From an uncultured Candidatus Saccharibacteria bacterium (GTDB lineage: Bacteria; Patescibacteriota; Minisyncoccia; UBA6257): a DNA stretch of 45,949 nt. The notes beneath the pieces are model-generated. The model searched no databases. It had not been told where the DNA came from and saw only the letters and a program-made list of their open reading frames with translations. The stretch spans positions 1 through 45,949 of the forward strand of contig CAYRXA010000018.1 in the NCBI GenBank assembly GCA_964428155.1. Reading direction: 5' to 3'. Below, in pieces: positions 35,168 to 44,720 of the stretch. A program made the translations under genes and the position numbers. How positions within the stretch are numbered: the first letter of the stretch is position 1; each line of letters begins with the position of its first letter.

Positions 35168-35690
35168 GGAAAATGTTTTTTATTATTTGGTTCTCTTGAA
35201 GACTTAAGTTTTTAAGTACTAATTTTTCTGCCTTTGCGTTTTTAAAAGAAGAAGGACGAACCCCAATTCTTATTCGATTAAAGTTTTTTGATCGAAAATG
35301 TTCAATAATAGATTCAATTCCTTTGTGGCCAGCTGATCCTCGGCCATAACTTATTTTAAAATTACCGGAGGTGATGTCAGTGTCATCATGAACAACATAA
35401 ATATTTTGAAGAGTTAAAGAATAAAATTTTTTAAGCAAGCTTAAAGCTTGTCCTGATTGATTCATAAAAGCTAATGATTTTGCTAAGATAATTTCTTTTT
35501 TATTAATATTAATTGAATTGATAAAAGCAAGACATTTTTTATTTTCTTTCCATTTACTTCCTTCCCATTTATTTGCTAAGTAATCAATAAAATGATGGCC
35601 GATATTGTGACGGTTTTTTTTGTAAGATGGCCCTGGGTTTCCTAAGCCAATAATTAAAATAGAATTATTTTTTTTATTATGATACGACAT
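35055..35690 (-). CDS. pth: peptidyl-tRNA hydrolase
   Basis: ILIIGLGNPGPSYKKNRHNIGHHFID, VVHDDTDI, GHKGIESI. 211 aa including a basic C-terminal tail of about 25 aa. Confidence 0.9.
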   Translation of the reverse strand: MSYHNKKNNSILIIGLGNPGPSYKKNRHNIGHHFIDYLANKWEGSKWKENKKCLAFINSININKKEIILAKSLAFMNQSGQALSLLKKFYSLTLQNIYVVHDDTDITSGNFKISYGRGSAGHKGIESIIEHFRSKNFNRIRIGVRPSSFKNAKAEKLVLKNLSLQENQIIKNIFPTIEKQLTDIYFHEDKRKNEKPKAKKGLKSKHLEKDN

Positions 35691-35696
35691 AATATA

Positions 35697-36704
35697 TTAA
35701 AAAGAAATTTTTTCTTTTATGTAATCTTGGATTTCTTCATATTTTTCGAAACCTTTTCTAGGAATTAAGATATAGATATCTTTTTCTAGAGAATCATTAA
35801 AAAAAGTTGTTGTTAATAATAATTGATCAGGAGGTCGGTTAGTAATTTTTATATATTCTATTTGATCAGCAGAAATATCTTTTACAAGATTAAAAATTTG
35901 CCAAAGAGCATTAAAGTCTAAATCAACAATAAAGTGACTATTAAGAGATTGCCAGATTTTAAGCCAAGTCATCAGATTCCAAATATCTGCTAGTTGGCTT
36001 AATTTATTTTTTAAAGCGGCGATTATCTGTTGTTGATGTTGAATTCTATAAAAATCTCCTTCAGGAGCATAACGAGTTCTAACAAATTTAATAGCTGTGT
36101 CTCCGTCTAAATGACGCCATCCTGATGCTAGGTAGAAAATCTCAGAAGGATTATGAGGATTAATTAATTGAGGATCAAAGATATCTTGTTCTAGCCAGAT
36201 ATCTATTCCTCCAATAGTGTCTATTAATTTTCCAAATCCTTCCAGTTCTAAAATTATAGTATGATCAATTTTTAATCCAGTTATATCTTCTATTTTTTGA
36301 CTTATTAAATTTGAAGCAGTGGCATTAGGGAAAACTTTGCCTCGATTTTCTAGTTCATAAAGGTTGTTGACCTTAATTTCTTGTTCAGTATTTGGGACTT
36401 TAACCCATAAGTCTCGTGGAATAGAAACCATAGCAATTTTTTTAGCTTCAGGGTTAAGATGAATAACAAAGACGGTATCTGTTAAAAGCGATCCTCGGGA
36501 CCCTTCGCCAACAATACCCAAGAAAAGAATATTTAAAGGAGGGCTTTTTGATTTTAATAGATCTTTAACAAAAGTTCCTTCTAAAAAACTAGATGAAAAA
36601 TGGTATTCTTTTGATTCTATTTGAGTAAAGAATAAAAAAAACAGCACCAAAATTATGCTAATGATGATTATTCCAAGAACTACTTTTTTAGGAGAAAATG
36701 CCAT
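35697..36704 (-). CDS. LytR-CpsA-Psr (LCP) family cell-envelope phosphotransferase
   Basis: N-terminal TM anchor, then LNILFLGIVGEGSRGSLLTDTVFVIHLNPEAKKIAMVSIPRDLWVKVP, the LCP core motif. Confidence 0.8.
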   Translation of the reverse strand: MAFSPKKVVLGIIIISIILVLFFLFFTQIESKEYHFSSSFLEGTFVKDLLKSKSPPLNILFLGIVGEGSRGSLLTDTVFVIHLNPEAKKIAMVSIPRDLWVKVPNTEQEIKVNNLYELENRGKVFPNATASNLISQKIEDITGLKIDHTIILELEGFGKLIDTIGGIDIWLEQDIFDPQLINPHNPSEIFYLASGWRHLDGDTAIKFVRTRYAPEGDFYRIQHQQQIIAALKNKLSQLADIWNLMTWLKIWQSLNSHFIVDLDFNALWQIFNLVKDISADQIEYIKITNRPPDQLLLTTTFFNDSLEKDIYILIPRKGFEKYEEIQDYIKEKISF

Positions 36705-36724
36705 ATTTATTTAATTTATCACAT

Positions 36725-36753
36725 TTGCTTTCATAGTTCAATTATGGTATTAT
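36725..36753 (+). promoter_or_regulatory. candidate sigma70-type promoter for lepB
   Basis: TTGCTT - 17 nt - TATTAT with TGg immediately upstream of the -10 (extended -10). Ends 22 nt upstream of the lepB ATG. AT-rich context makes false positives likely. Confidence 0.35.
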
Positions 36754-36775
36754 CCTTGAGATATTTATAACTAAT

Positions 36776-37306
36776 ATGTGGCGAAAAATTTTTTGGGAAA
36801 ACCTAGAAATGATTTTCATTGCTATTCTTATAGTTGTCCCTATAAGATATTTTTTAATTCAACCGTTTATAGTTCATGGTAGTAGTATGGAGCCCAATTT
36901 TAATACTCAAGATTATCTTATTATTGATGAATTAACTTATCGTTTTCGTGATCCTGAAAGATATGAAGTAATTGTTTTTAAGGCCCCTAGCCATCTTGAT
37001 CAATATTATATTAAGAGAGTTGTTGGATTACCTTTTGAAACGATAAACATTAAAGATGGTCAAGTAATGATAACAGATATGGCAGGAAATTCTTTTCCTC
37101 TTCAAGAAGATTTTATTCCAAGTGAATCTATTACTGCTGGTAATCTTGAGCTGACTCTTGATGAAAAACAATATTTTGTTTTAGGTGATAATCGTTTAGC
37201 TTCTTATGATTCTCGAAATTGGGGTCCAGTAGGAAAAGATTTAATAATTGGTCGGGTTTGGCTTCGTCTTTGGCCTTTTCAAAAAATAGTTGTTTATGGT
37301 TTATAA
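36776..37306 (+). CDS. lepB: signal peptidase I
   Basis: GSSMEPNF (Ser), YIKRVVGLP (Lys), GDNRLASYDSRNWGPV. Confidence 0.85.
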   Translation: MWRKIFWENLEMIFIAILIVVPIRYFLIQPFIVHGSSMEPNFNTQDYLIIDELTYRFRDPERYEVIVFKAPSHLDQYYIKRVVGLPFETINIKDGQVMITDMAGNSFPLQEDFIPSESITAGNLELTLDEKQYFVLGDNRLASYDSRNWGPVGKDLIIGRVWLRLWPFQKIVVYGL

Positions 37307-38624
37307 AAAAAAATCGACAAAAATTAAAGAACCTTTAGTTAAGAAAACTAAAAAATCTTTTCAAGCACTTAGAGGGATGAAAGATATTTTAGCAAAAGAT
37401 TGGTTTTATTATGATCAGATTTTTAATAATGCTAAAAAAATTTTTGAATTTTATAATTTTCAAAGAATAGAAACTCCACTTTTAGAAAAAGCAGAATTAT
37501 TTACAAAAGGAGTTGGTAAAAAAACAGATGTTGTTGATAAAGAAATGTATATCTTGAGGGCAAAAGAGAATAAAGAATTATTGGCTTTGCGCCCAGAAGG
37601 CACTGCTTCTGTAGTAAGAGCTTATATAGAGAAAGGAATGTTTAATTTGCCTCAGCCAGTAAAGTTTTATTATTTTGGTCCTTTTTTCCGTCATGAAAAA
37701 CCTCAGGCTGGGCGTTATCGACAATTTTATCAGCTAGGGGCAGAAATAATTGGAGAAGAAGATGTGACTACTGATGCAGAGATCATTCTTCTTTCAAAGA
37801 TTTTTCTAGAAAATTTAGGTTTTTCTAAAAAGAATATCTTTTTGCTTATAAATAGTATTGGTTGCCCAAAGTGTAGGCCTCTTTACATAAAAGAATTAAA
37901 AAAATATTACAAGAAAGTAGATAAGGAAATTTGTTCTGATTGTCATCGAAGAATAAAAGAAAATCCTTTAAGGGTGCTAGATTGTAAAAATGAAAAATGT
38001 TCTGCTATTAAAGAAGGAGCTCCCCCTATTTTAGATTATCTTTGTCCAGAATGTCGTGATCATTTTAAGTCTCTTTTAGAACTTCTTGATTATTTAAATA
38101 TCCCTTATATTTTAGATAAAACTTTAGTTAGGGGATTAGATTATTATACAAAAACTGTTTTTGAGTTTTGCTTTGAAGGTGAAACAGATAAAATTTCTTT
38201 AGGCGGAGGAGGAAGATATGATGAATTAACAGAAACTATAGGAGGTATTAAAAAACCAGCAGTTGGTGTTGCTTTTGGTGTTGAAAGGTTGATGCAAGAA
38301 ATGATTGATCAAGGTAAGAAATTTAAACCATTTATGCCGAAAGTTTTTTTGGTTCAAATAGGAGAAGCAGCAAAAAAAATGTCTTTTAAAATTTTAGAGC
38401 AATTCCGTAAGGAGAATATATTGCTAGGGGAAAATTTAGGTAAAGAAAATTTAAAATCACAATTAAAGATTGCTGATCGGCTTGGGGTAAAGTATGTTTT
38501 AATTCTTGGACAACAAGAGGTTTTAGATGGTATGATAATTTTAAAAGACATGAATTCGGGCCTTCAAGAATTAATTCCTTGGGAAAAGATAGTGCCTGAA
38601 GTTAAAAAAAGATTAAAAAAATAA
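37296..38624 (+). CDS. hisS: histidyl-tRNA synthetase
   Basis: LRPEGTASVVRAY, motif 2 FRHEKPQAGRYRQFYQLG, motif 3 GGGRYD. Cys-rich insertion of the kind I recall in other bacterial HisRS. ATG at 37296, overlapping the lepB end by 11 nt. Confidence 0.95.
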   Translation: MVYKKKSTKIKEPLVKKTKKSFQALRGMKDILAKDWFYYDQIFNNAKKIFEFYNFQRIETPLLEKAELFTKGVGKKTDVVDKEMYILRAKENKELLALRPEGTASVVRAYIEKGMFNLPQPVKFYYFGPFFRHEKPQAGRYRQFYQLGAEIIGEEDVTTDAEIILLSKIFLENLGFSKKNIFLLINSIGCPKCRPLYIKELKKYYKKVDKEICSDCHRRIKENPLRVLDCKNEKCSAIKEGAPPILDYLCPECRDHFKSLLELLDYLNIPYILDKTLVRGLDYYTKTVFEFCFEGETDKISLGGGGRYDELTETIGGIKKPAVGVAFGVERLMQEMIDQGKKFKPFMPKVFLVQIGEAAKKMSFKILEQFRKENILLGENLGKENLKSQLKIADRLGVKYVLILGQQEVLDGMIILKDMNSGLQELIPWEKIVPEVKKRLKK

Positions 38625-38655
38625 AATAATTAAATTCTTAAATCATTTATAAATT

Positions 38656-38871
38656 ATGCCAATTACAGTTAAAAGAAGAAAAGGTGAAAATTTAAATTCT
38701 TTTCTTAGTCGTACCTTTAAGGTAATCAAGAAGAGCGGAATTCTTTTAGAAGCTCGAAAGAGAAAATATTATGTTTCTAAGCCCAGCAAGAGAACAGAAA
38801 AATCATCAGCTCTTCATAAGAAAAAGGTGCTTCAAGAAATAGAAAGGAAAAGAAAGAAAGGTATTATCTAG
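38656..38871 (+). CDS. rpsU: 30S ribosomal protein S21
   Basis: 71 aa. The pattern MPITVKRRKGENLNSFLSRTFKVIKKSGILLEARKRKYYVSKPS matches S21. Confidence 0.85.
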   Translation: MPITVKRRKGENLNSFLSRTFKVIKKSGILLEARKRKYYVSKPSKRTEKSSALHKKKVLQEIERKRKKGII

Positions 38872-38875
38872 AGGA

Positions 38876-39334
38876 ATGATTTCCAAAACTGAAATTTTAA
38901 TATATAATTTAGCAGAGAGAAATATTCCTTCCCAAAAATTCTTTCAGGGGCTTATAAAAAAAATTTTAATAGCTTTGGGAGAGAAGAAAAAAGTAAGTTT
39001 ATCGTTGATTTTTATTGATGCTCAAGAGAGTAAAAAGCTCAATAATTATTGGCGGAATAAAGATATTGTTTCTTCAGTTCTTTCTTTCCCTTTGTATCAG
39101 AATTTTCCAGCAGAACTTCAAAAGCAAGAAAAAATTCTCGGGGATATTTTCCTTTGTCCTGAAAAAATAGAAGAGCAAATTCAAGATTTGGAAATTTTAC
39201 CTCTTTTATTTTATAAAAAAATAATAATTCATAGTTTGCTTCATCTTTATGGATATACCCATGATAAAGAAAAAGATAGAAAAAAGATGGAGCGTCTAGA
39301 AAATAAAATTCTTAGATTTATTAATAACAAATAA
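38876..39334 (+). CDS. ybeY: rRNA maturation endoribonuclease YbeY
   Basis: The metal site HSLLHLYGYTHD (H-x3-H-x5-H) sits near the C-terminus of a 152-aa protein. Confidence 0.85.
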   Translation: MISKTEILIYNLAERNIPSQKFFQGLIKKILIALGEKKKVSLSLIFIDAQESKKLNNYWRNKDIVSSVLSFPLYQNFPAELQKQEKILGDIFLCPEKIEEQIQDLEILPLLFYKKIIIHSLLHLYGYTHDKEKDRKKMERLENKILRFINNK

Positions 39335-39335
39335 T

Positions 39336-40553
39336 ATGAGATCTCCTCTTTTAGCTATAGATTTAGGTTCAGCAAACATAAAAGCACTGGTTGCTAAAAT
39401 TGATGACCAAGGTTGGAAAATTGTTTTACCAGCTTGTAGAAAATCTAGAGGAATTAAAGAAGGAGTACCAAATAATTTAGAAGAAGCTGCTGAAGAGCTT
39501 GATAATTTAATGTCAGAAATGGAATCAATGCTTAAAAATATTACTTTTAGGGAAGCAGTGGCTGGTATTGGAGGGGCTCATTTGGAGACGCGTCTCTCTA
39601 AAGGAACAGCAGTTGTTTCTCGTCCTGATCAAGAAATAGGTGAAGATGATATACGAAGAGCAAATAAAGCAGCTGAGGCCTGTGCTCTTCCTTCTAATAG
39701 AAGTTTAATTCAGACTGCTTTAAGGAGTTACATTGTTGATGGATTGGCAAAAGTAAAAGATCCAATAGGGATGAAAGGTTTAAAAATAGAAACAGAATGC
39801 CTTTTAATTGATGCTTTTACTCCTTTTGTTAGTTCTATTGATCGCTTAGGAGAAATGGTTAATTTAAAATTTAATCCTAAAATTGTCCTTCCTTATGCTG
39901 GAGCTGAAATAGCTCTTACTCCTCAAGACAAAGATTTAGGAGCATTGGCCTTAGATTTAGGAGCTAGTACTACTAGTCTTTGTGTTTATGAAAATAACGA
40001 GATTCTTGATTTGAAAGTTTTTCCTGTAGGAGGGAATGCTGTCACTAATGATATTGCAGTTGGTTTAAAAACAAGCGTTGATATAGCAGAAAAAATAAAA
40101 ATTAATGAAGGATTGGCTTCTAGAAAAAAAGTATTAAAAAATGAAAATATTGATTGGAGCTCTTATTACGAAGAAGATAACTCAGGTGATAAAGTGAGTA
40201 AAAAATTTTTAGCTGAAATAATAGAAGCTCGTCTTTCTGAAATCTTTGATTTAGTAGTAAAAAGATTAAAAGAAATAGATCGTTTTGAAAAATTACCTGG
40301 AGGAGTAGTTGTTTATGGAGGGGGGGCAAAAATGCCTTTTATTACAGAATTAGCAAAAGAAAGATTTAAGCTTCCTGTTCGAGTAGCAAAGCCAGAAATT
40401 GATTGGTATAAAGATTCTCCAGATCTTAGTTTTGTTCCTGTTTTAGGACTTTTGTCTTTAAAATTTCAGGGCCAGAAACAGGGGATTTTATCATTAGAAG
40501 AAGGGGTAATGAAAAAATTAGCTAATTTTTTTAAAAATTCATTTTCTATTTAA
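39336..40553 (+). CDS. ftsA: cell division protein FtsA
   Basis: Actin-fold phosphate loops AIDLGSANIKALV and LDLGASTTSL. GGGAKMP. Lies immediately upstream of ftsZ. Confidence 0.9.
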   Translation: MRSPLLAIDLGSANIKALVAKIDDQGWKIVLPACRKSRGIKEGVPNNLEEAAEELDNLMSEMESMLKNITFREAVAGIGGAHLETRLSKGTAVVSRPDQEIGEDDIRRANKAAEACALPSNRSLIQTALRSYIVDGLAKVKDPIGMKGLKIETECLLIDAFTPFVSSIDRLGEMVNLKFNPKIVLPYAGAEIALTPQDKDLGALALDLGASTTSLCVYENNEILDLKVFPVGGNAVTNDIAVGLKTSVDIAEKIKINEGLASRKKVLKNENIDWSSYYEEDNSGDKVSKKFLAEIIEARLSEIFDLVVKRLKEIDRFEKLPGGVVVYGGGAKMPFITELAKERFKLPVRVAKPEIDWYKDSPDLSFVPVLGLLSLKFQGQKQGILSLEEGVMKKLANFFKNSFSI

Positions 40554-40563
40554 TTTTATTAGT

Positions 40564-41823
40564 ATGAAGAAAAAAAATAAAAGGAAAATTCTCAAAAAGA
40601 ATAACCCAGTAAAGAAAATAAAAAAATCAAAGCCTCGAAAGAAGCCAGTTTTAAAACAGAAAGAAAAGAAAATTTCTTTAGTTCAAAAGAAAGCAAAGTC
40701 AAAATTGAAGGAAAAGAAAGTTTCTTCTAACAAAAATATTTGCGTGAAGATAATAGGTGTTGGAGGGGCTGGTGGTAATGTTGTGAGCAGGATGAAAGAG
40801 AAAAGGATTGAAGGAGTAGAATTTATAGCTATTAATACAGATATTCAAGGTTTACAACATACTAAATCAGATTTGAAGATTCAGATAGGAAAAGAAGCAT
40901 GTCGTGGATTAGGGGCTGGAATGGATCCAGCTCGAGGAAGGGCATCAGCTGAAGAAAATCTCGAAGAAATCAATCAGTCAGTGCAAAAGGCAGACATGAT
41001 TTTTCTTACCTGTGGTTTAGGTGGAGGAACTGGATCTGGAGCTTCTCCTATTGTTGCTAATTTAGCAAAACAAGCAGGAGCTTTAGTTATTGGAGTAGTC
41101 ACCAAGCCTTTTGTTTTTGAAGGAGAAAAAAGATTGGATATAGCTGAAGATGCTTGGCAAAAACTCTTTAATGAAGTAGATGCTTTAGTAACTATTCCTA
41201 ATGATAGAATTTTTAATATTATTGAGGAAGAAACACCAATTTTGGATGCTTTTGGTAGGGTTGATGATATTTTAAGGCAAGGAGTTGAGGCAATGGTGAA
41301 TTTAATTACTTATCCAGGTTTAATTAATTTAGATTTTGCTAATGTTAGATCAACTTTAACAGAAGCAGGGAGTGCCTTATTGGGAATAGGGGTTTCTAAA
41401 GGACAAGATAGAGCAAAAAAAGCTGCTGAACTAGCGATTTCTTCTCCCCTATTAGATATCTCTATTGAAGGGGCAAAACGAGTTTTGTTTAATGTTGCTG
41501 GAACTAAAGACATGTCTTTAGTTGAGATTCATAATGCTGCGAGGGTGATTACTCAATCAATAGCTAAGGATGCGCAAGTAATTTTTGGTGCTAGTTTTGA
41601 TAATAATCTTCATAAAGGAGAAGTAAAAGTTACTGTTATTGCTGGAGGCTTTGGAGAAGAATTTAGAGAGTTAAGTTCTGCTTTACCTTTAGAAATTAAG
41701 GTACCGATTAATAAAGAACAAGAAGAACAAGAAGGAAAAGACAAGGAACAAGAGGAAGAAGAAAAAGAAAAAGAAGAATTTGAAATCCCAGCTTTTCTTC
41801 GAAGGAAGCAGAGTAAAGATTAA
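40564..41823 (+). CDS. ftsZ: cell division protein FtsZ, with an N-terminal polybasic extension of about 60 aa if the ATG at 40564 is used
   Basis: IGVGGAGGNVV, tubulin signature GLGGGTGSGASPIVA, C-terminal FtsA-binding peptide FEIPAFLRRK. Start uncertain: an in-frame GTG at 40744 would give MKIIGVGG... Confidence 0.95.
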   Translation: MKKKNKRKILKKNNPVKKIKKSKPRKKPVLKQKEKKISLVQKKAKSKLKEKKVSSNKNICVKIIGVGGAGGNVVSRMKEKRIEGVEFIAINTDIQGLQHTKSDLKIQIGKEACRGLGAGMDPARGRASAEENLEEINQSVQKADMIFLTCGLGGGTGSGASPIVANLAKQAGALVIGVVTKPFVFEGEKRLDIAEDAWQKLFNEVDALVTIPNDRIFNIIEEETPILDAFGRVDDILRQGVEAMVNLITYPGLINLDFANVRSTLTEAGSALLGIGVSKGQDRAKKAAELAISSPLLDISIEGAKRVLFNVAGTKDMSLVEIHNAARVITQSIAKDAQVIFGASFDNNLHKGEVKVTVIAGGFGEEFRELSSALPLEIKVPINKEQEEQEGKDKEQEEEEKEKEEFEIPAFLRRKQSKD

Positions 41824-41907
41824 GTTGGAAGAGAGAATAATAAGACAAATTGTTTTTATCCTTTATATTTTATATACTGTATTAAGTAAGTTTTTAAATT
41901 TTTTATT

Positions 41908-44019
41908 ATGCCCCCAAGAAAAAAATTTCATAATCATTTGAAAGAAGTTAAAAGAAGAACAGGGGAAATTGTTCCCTTTGAAAAAAAGAAGATCGAAGAA
42001 GCTATTTATAAAGCTTTAACTGTTACAGATGAAGGAGGAAAAACTTTATCAAGAGAATTATCAATTAAAGTTATAAAAATTCTAAACAGGAGGTTTAAAA
42101 AGGATGAAATTCCTTCTGTTGAAGAAATTCAAGATATTGTTGAAGAAGTTTTAATTTTAGAAAATTTAGTTGAAACATCAAAAGCTTATATTTTATATCG
42201 AGAGCAAAGAAAGAAATTAAGAGAAAGTCGCATTGTTAGCGAGGAAGCAGTTAGTTTAGTAGATGAATATCTTAAAGTAAGAGATTGGGAAGTTAAGGAA
42301 AATAGCAATATGGCTTTTTCTTTACAAGGGTTAAATCATTATGTCTCTGCTTATGTAGCTAAAAAATATTGGTTAAGAAAAATTTATCCAAAAGAAATTA
42401 GAGAAGCAGTAGAAACTGGAGATTTCCATATTCATAATTTAGATATTTTAGCAACTTATTGTTGTGGCTGGGATTTATATGATTTACTTTCAAAAGGTTT
42501 TGGAGGGGTTTTTGGTAAGATTCAATCTAAGCCACCTAAACACTTTGGTTCTGCTTTAGGGCAAATTGTTAATTTTTTTTATACTCTTCAAGGTGAAGGG
42601 GCAGGAGCTCAAGCTTTTTCTAATTTTGATACTTTATTAGCTCCTTTTATTCGTTATGATAATTTAAATTATCATGAAGTAAAACAAAATTTACAAGAAT
42701 TTCTTTTTAATTGTAATGTACCTACTCGAGTAGGTTTTCAAACTCCTTTTGAAAATATTACTTTAGATTTAAAAGTACCAGTTCATTTTAAAGATTTACC
42801 AGTAATAATTGGTGGGCAAGCTCAGAAAGAAACTTATCAAGATTTTCAAAAAGAAATGGATGTTTTAAATCAAGCTTTTTGTGAGATTTATACTGAGGGT
42901 GATGCTAGTGGTAGGGTTTTTACTTTTCCAATTCCTACATATAACATTACAAAAGAGTTTGAATGGAATAATCCTTCTTATGAAGGGATCTGGAAAATGA
43001 CAGCAAAATATGGAATTCCTTATTTTTCTAATTTTATTAATTCTGATATGAGCCCTGAAGACGCTCGAAGTATGTGCTGTCGTCTTCGTCTAGACAATAG
43101 AGAACTTTATAAACGTGGAGGAGGATTATTTGGAGCTAACCCTCTTACTGGAAGTATTGGAGTGGTTACGATTAATATGCCTCGGTTGGGTTATGTATCA
43201 AAAACTAAAAAAGACTTCTTTCAGAGATTAATCCATATAATGGATTTAGCAAAAGAAAGTTTGGAAATAAAAAGAAAAATTTTAGAAGATTGGACAGAAA
43301 AAGGTTTGTATCCTTACGCAAAACATTATTTAGGTGAAGTAAAAAAAATGAGAGGTGTTTATTGGGGAAATCATTTTTCAACCATAGGTTTAATTGGAAT
43401 GAATGAAGCTTTGTTAAATTTTTTGGGAATAGATAGTGGAAATAAAAAAGGAATTGCTTTTGCTGAAGAAGTTCTTGATTTTATGAGAGAAAGATTAGTT
43501 GGTTATCAAGAAAAAACAGGAAATTTATATAATTTAGAAGCAACACCAGCAGAAGGAGCTTCTTATCGCCTAGCTCTTAAAGATAAAAAAAAGTATCCAG
43601 ATATTATTACTGCTGGTACAGAAGAGCCTTATTATACAAATTCCACTCAATTACCGGTAAATTATACAGATGATTTGTTTGAAGCTTTAAAACTTCAAGA
43701 TTCTTTGCAAACAAAATATACAGGAGGTACTGTTTTTCATGCTTTCTTAGGAGAAGCGATTTCTGATCCTGAGGCAGTGAAATCTTTGATTAAGGTTATT
43801 TTTGAAAAATTTCATTTGCCATATCTCACTTTAACACCTACTTTTTCTGTTTGTCCTATTCATGGATATATACCAGGGGAGCATTTTGTTTGTCCTAAAT
43901 GTACTATAGAGCAACCATGTGAAGTTTATTCTCGAATTGTGGGTTATTTAAGACCAATTCAACAATGGCATAAAGGAAAACAAGAAGAATTTAAACAGCG
44001 ATCTACTTTTAATATTTAA
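41908..44019 (+). CDS. nrdD: anaerobic ribonucleoside-triphosphate reductase (class III)
   Basis: 703 aa. N-terminal ATP-cone, RSMCCRLRL active-site region, C-terminal Cys cluster (CPIHG...CPKC) and glycyl-radical motif SRIVGYLRP. Confidence 0.95.
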   Translation: MPPRKKFHNHLKEVKRRTGEIVPFEKKKIEEAIYKALTVTDEGGKTLSRELSIKVIKILNRRFKKDEIPSVEEIQDIVEEVLILENLVETSKAYILYREQRKKLRESRIVSEEAVSLVDEYLKVRDWEVKENSNMAFSLQGLNHYVSAYVAKKYWLRKIYPKEIREAVETGDFHIHNLDILATYCCGWDLYDLLSKGFGGVFGKIQSKPPKHFGSALGQIVNFFYTLQGEGAGAQAFSNFDTLLAPFIRYDNLNYHEVKQNLQEFLFNCNVPTRVGFQTPFENITLDLKVPVHFKDLPVIIGGQAQKETYQDFQKEMDVLNQAFCEIYTEGDASGRVFTFPIPTYNITKEFEWNNPSYEGIWKMTAKYGIPYFSNFINSDMSPEDARSMCCRLRLDNRELYKRGGGLFGANPLTGSIGVVTINMPRLGYVSKTKKDFFQRLIHIMDLAKESLEIKRKILEDWTEKGLYPYAKHYLGEVKKMRGVYWGNHFSTIGLIGMNEALLNFLGIDSGNKKGIAFAEEVLDFMRERLVGYQEKTGNLYNLEATPAEGASYRLALKDKKKYPDIITAGTEEPYYTNSTQLPVNYTDDLFEALKLQDSLQTKYTGGTVFHAFLGEAISDPEAVKSLIKVIFEKFHLPYLTLTPTFSVCPIHGYIPGEHFVCPKCTIEQPCEVYSRIVGYLRPIQQWHKGKQEEFKQRSTFNI

Positions 44020-44022
44020 TTT

Positions 44023-44718
44023 ATGCTATTTGGTGGTCTTCAAAAAACAACTTTGGTTGATTATCCTGGAAAAGTTGCTGCTACGGTTTTTACTTTAGGT
44101 TGTAATTTTCGTTGTCCTTATTGTCATAATCCAGAATTAGTTTTGCCAGAGATGATGGAAGAACAGCCAATTATTACTGAAGAAGAAATACTAAATTTTT
44201 TAAAAGAACGTCAAGAGTATCTGGAAGGATTATGTATTACTGGAGGAGAACCCACTATTCAAGTTGGTTTATCAAATTTTATTCAAAAAGTTAATAAATT
44301 AGGAATTTCAGTAAAATTAGACACTAATGGTTCTTTTCCATTTATTTTAAAAGAGTTAATTCAAAAAAAATTAATAGATTGGGTGTCTTTAGATATTAAG
44401 GCTCCGCCAGATAAATATGATATTTTTACCAAAGGAAAGGTTGATGTAAAAAATGTGGATTTGAGTATTAAAATTCTTAAAGAAAGTAAAATTAATTATG
44501 AATTTAGAACCACCCTGGCTCCAGAAATCCTTTCAGAAGAAGATATCATAGTTATTGTTGATTGGATTAAGCCTGCTTCTCGTTATTATTTACAACGTTT
44601 TCAAAATAACAAAACACTAGATAAAAAATTTGAGAATTTAAATAGTTGGTCTGAACAAAAAACAGAATCTTTAATAAAAAAAATAAAACCTTTTTTTTCC
44701 GAATGTAATCTTCGTTAA
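44023..44718 (+). CDS. nrdG: anaerobic RNR activating enzyme (radical SAM)
   Basis: GCNFRCPYCHN (CX3CX2C) and GGEPT. Starts 3 nt after nrdD. Confidence 0.9.
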   Translation: MLFGGLQKTTLVDYPGKVAATVFTLGCNFRCPYCHNPELVLPEMMEEQPIITEEEILNFLKERQEYLEGLCITGGEPTIQVGLSNFIQKVNKLGISVKLDTNGSFPFILKELIQKKLIDWVSLDIKAPPDKYDIFTKGKVDVKNVDLSIKILKESKINYEFRTTLAPEILSEEDIIVIVDWIKPASRYYLQRFQNNKTLDKKFENLNSWSEQKTESLIKKIKPFFSECNLR

Positions 44719-44720
44719 AT

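Noticed and set aside
1025-37295. Longer N-terminal extensions in the ORF track that start at upstream non-ATG codons (TTG where I checked): 1025 holA, 3928 EndoQ, 17936 rpmF, 18669 rnc, 30554 htrA, 37290 hisS.
   Set aside because: In each case an ATG follows just after, or close to, the upstream gene's stop and gives the N-terminus expected for the family. The extensions lie inside the preceding gene or add non-homologous residues.
26055-41513. Short antisense ORFs 26055-26237, 30639-30821, 30740-31003, 34516-34785, 38354-38551, 40120-40329 and 41310-41513.
   Set aside because: Each is 60-89 aa and lies antisense to a confidently identified gene or ORF (rpoB, htrA, the membrane ORF, hisS, ftsA, ftsZ). 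No motif is recognised in any of them.
41824-41907. AT palindrome TATATtttATATA upstream of nrdD, considered as a possible NrdR box.
   Set aside because: It lacks the flanking ACAC/GTGT of the NrdR-box consensus as I recall it. There is only one copy rather than a tandem pair. Such AT palindromes are expected by chance in this composition, and no nrdR gene is in the window.
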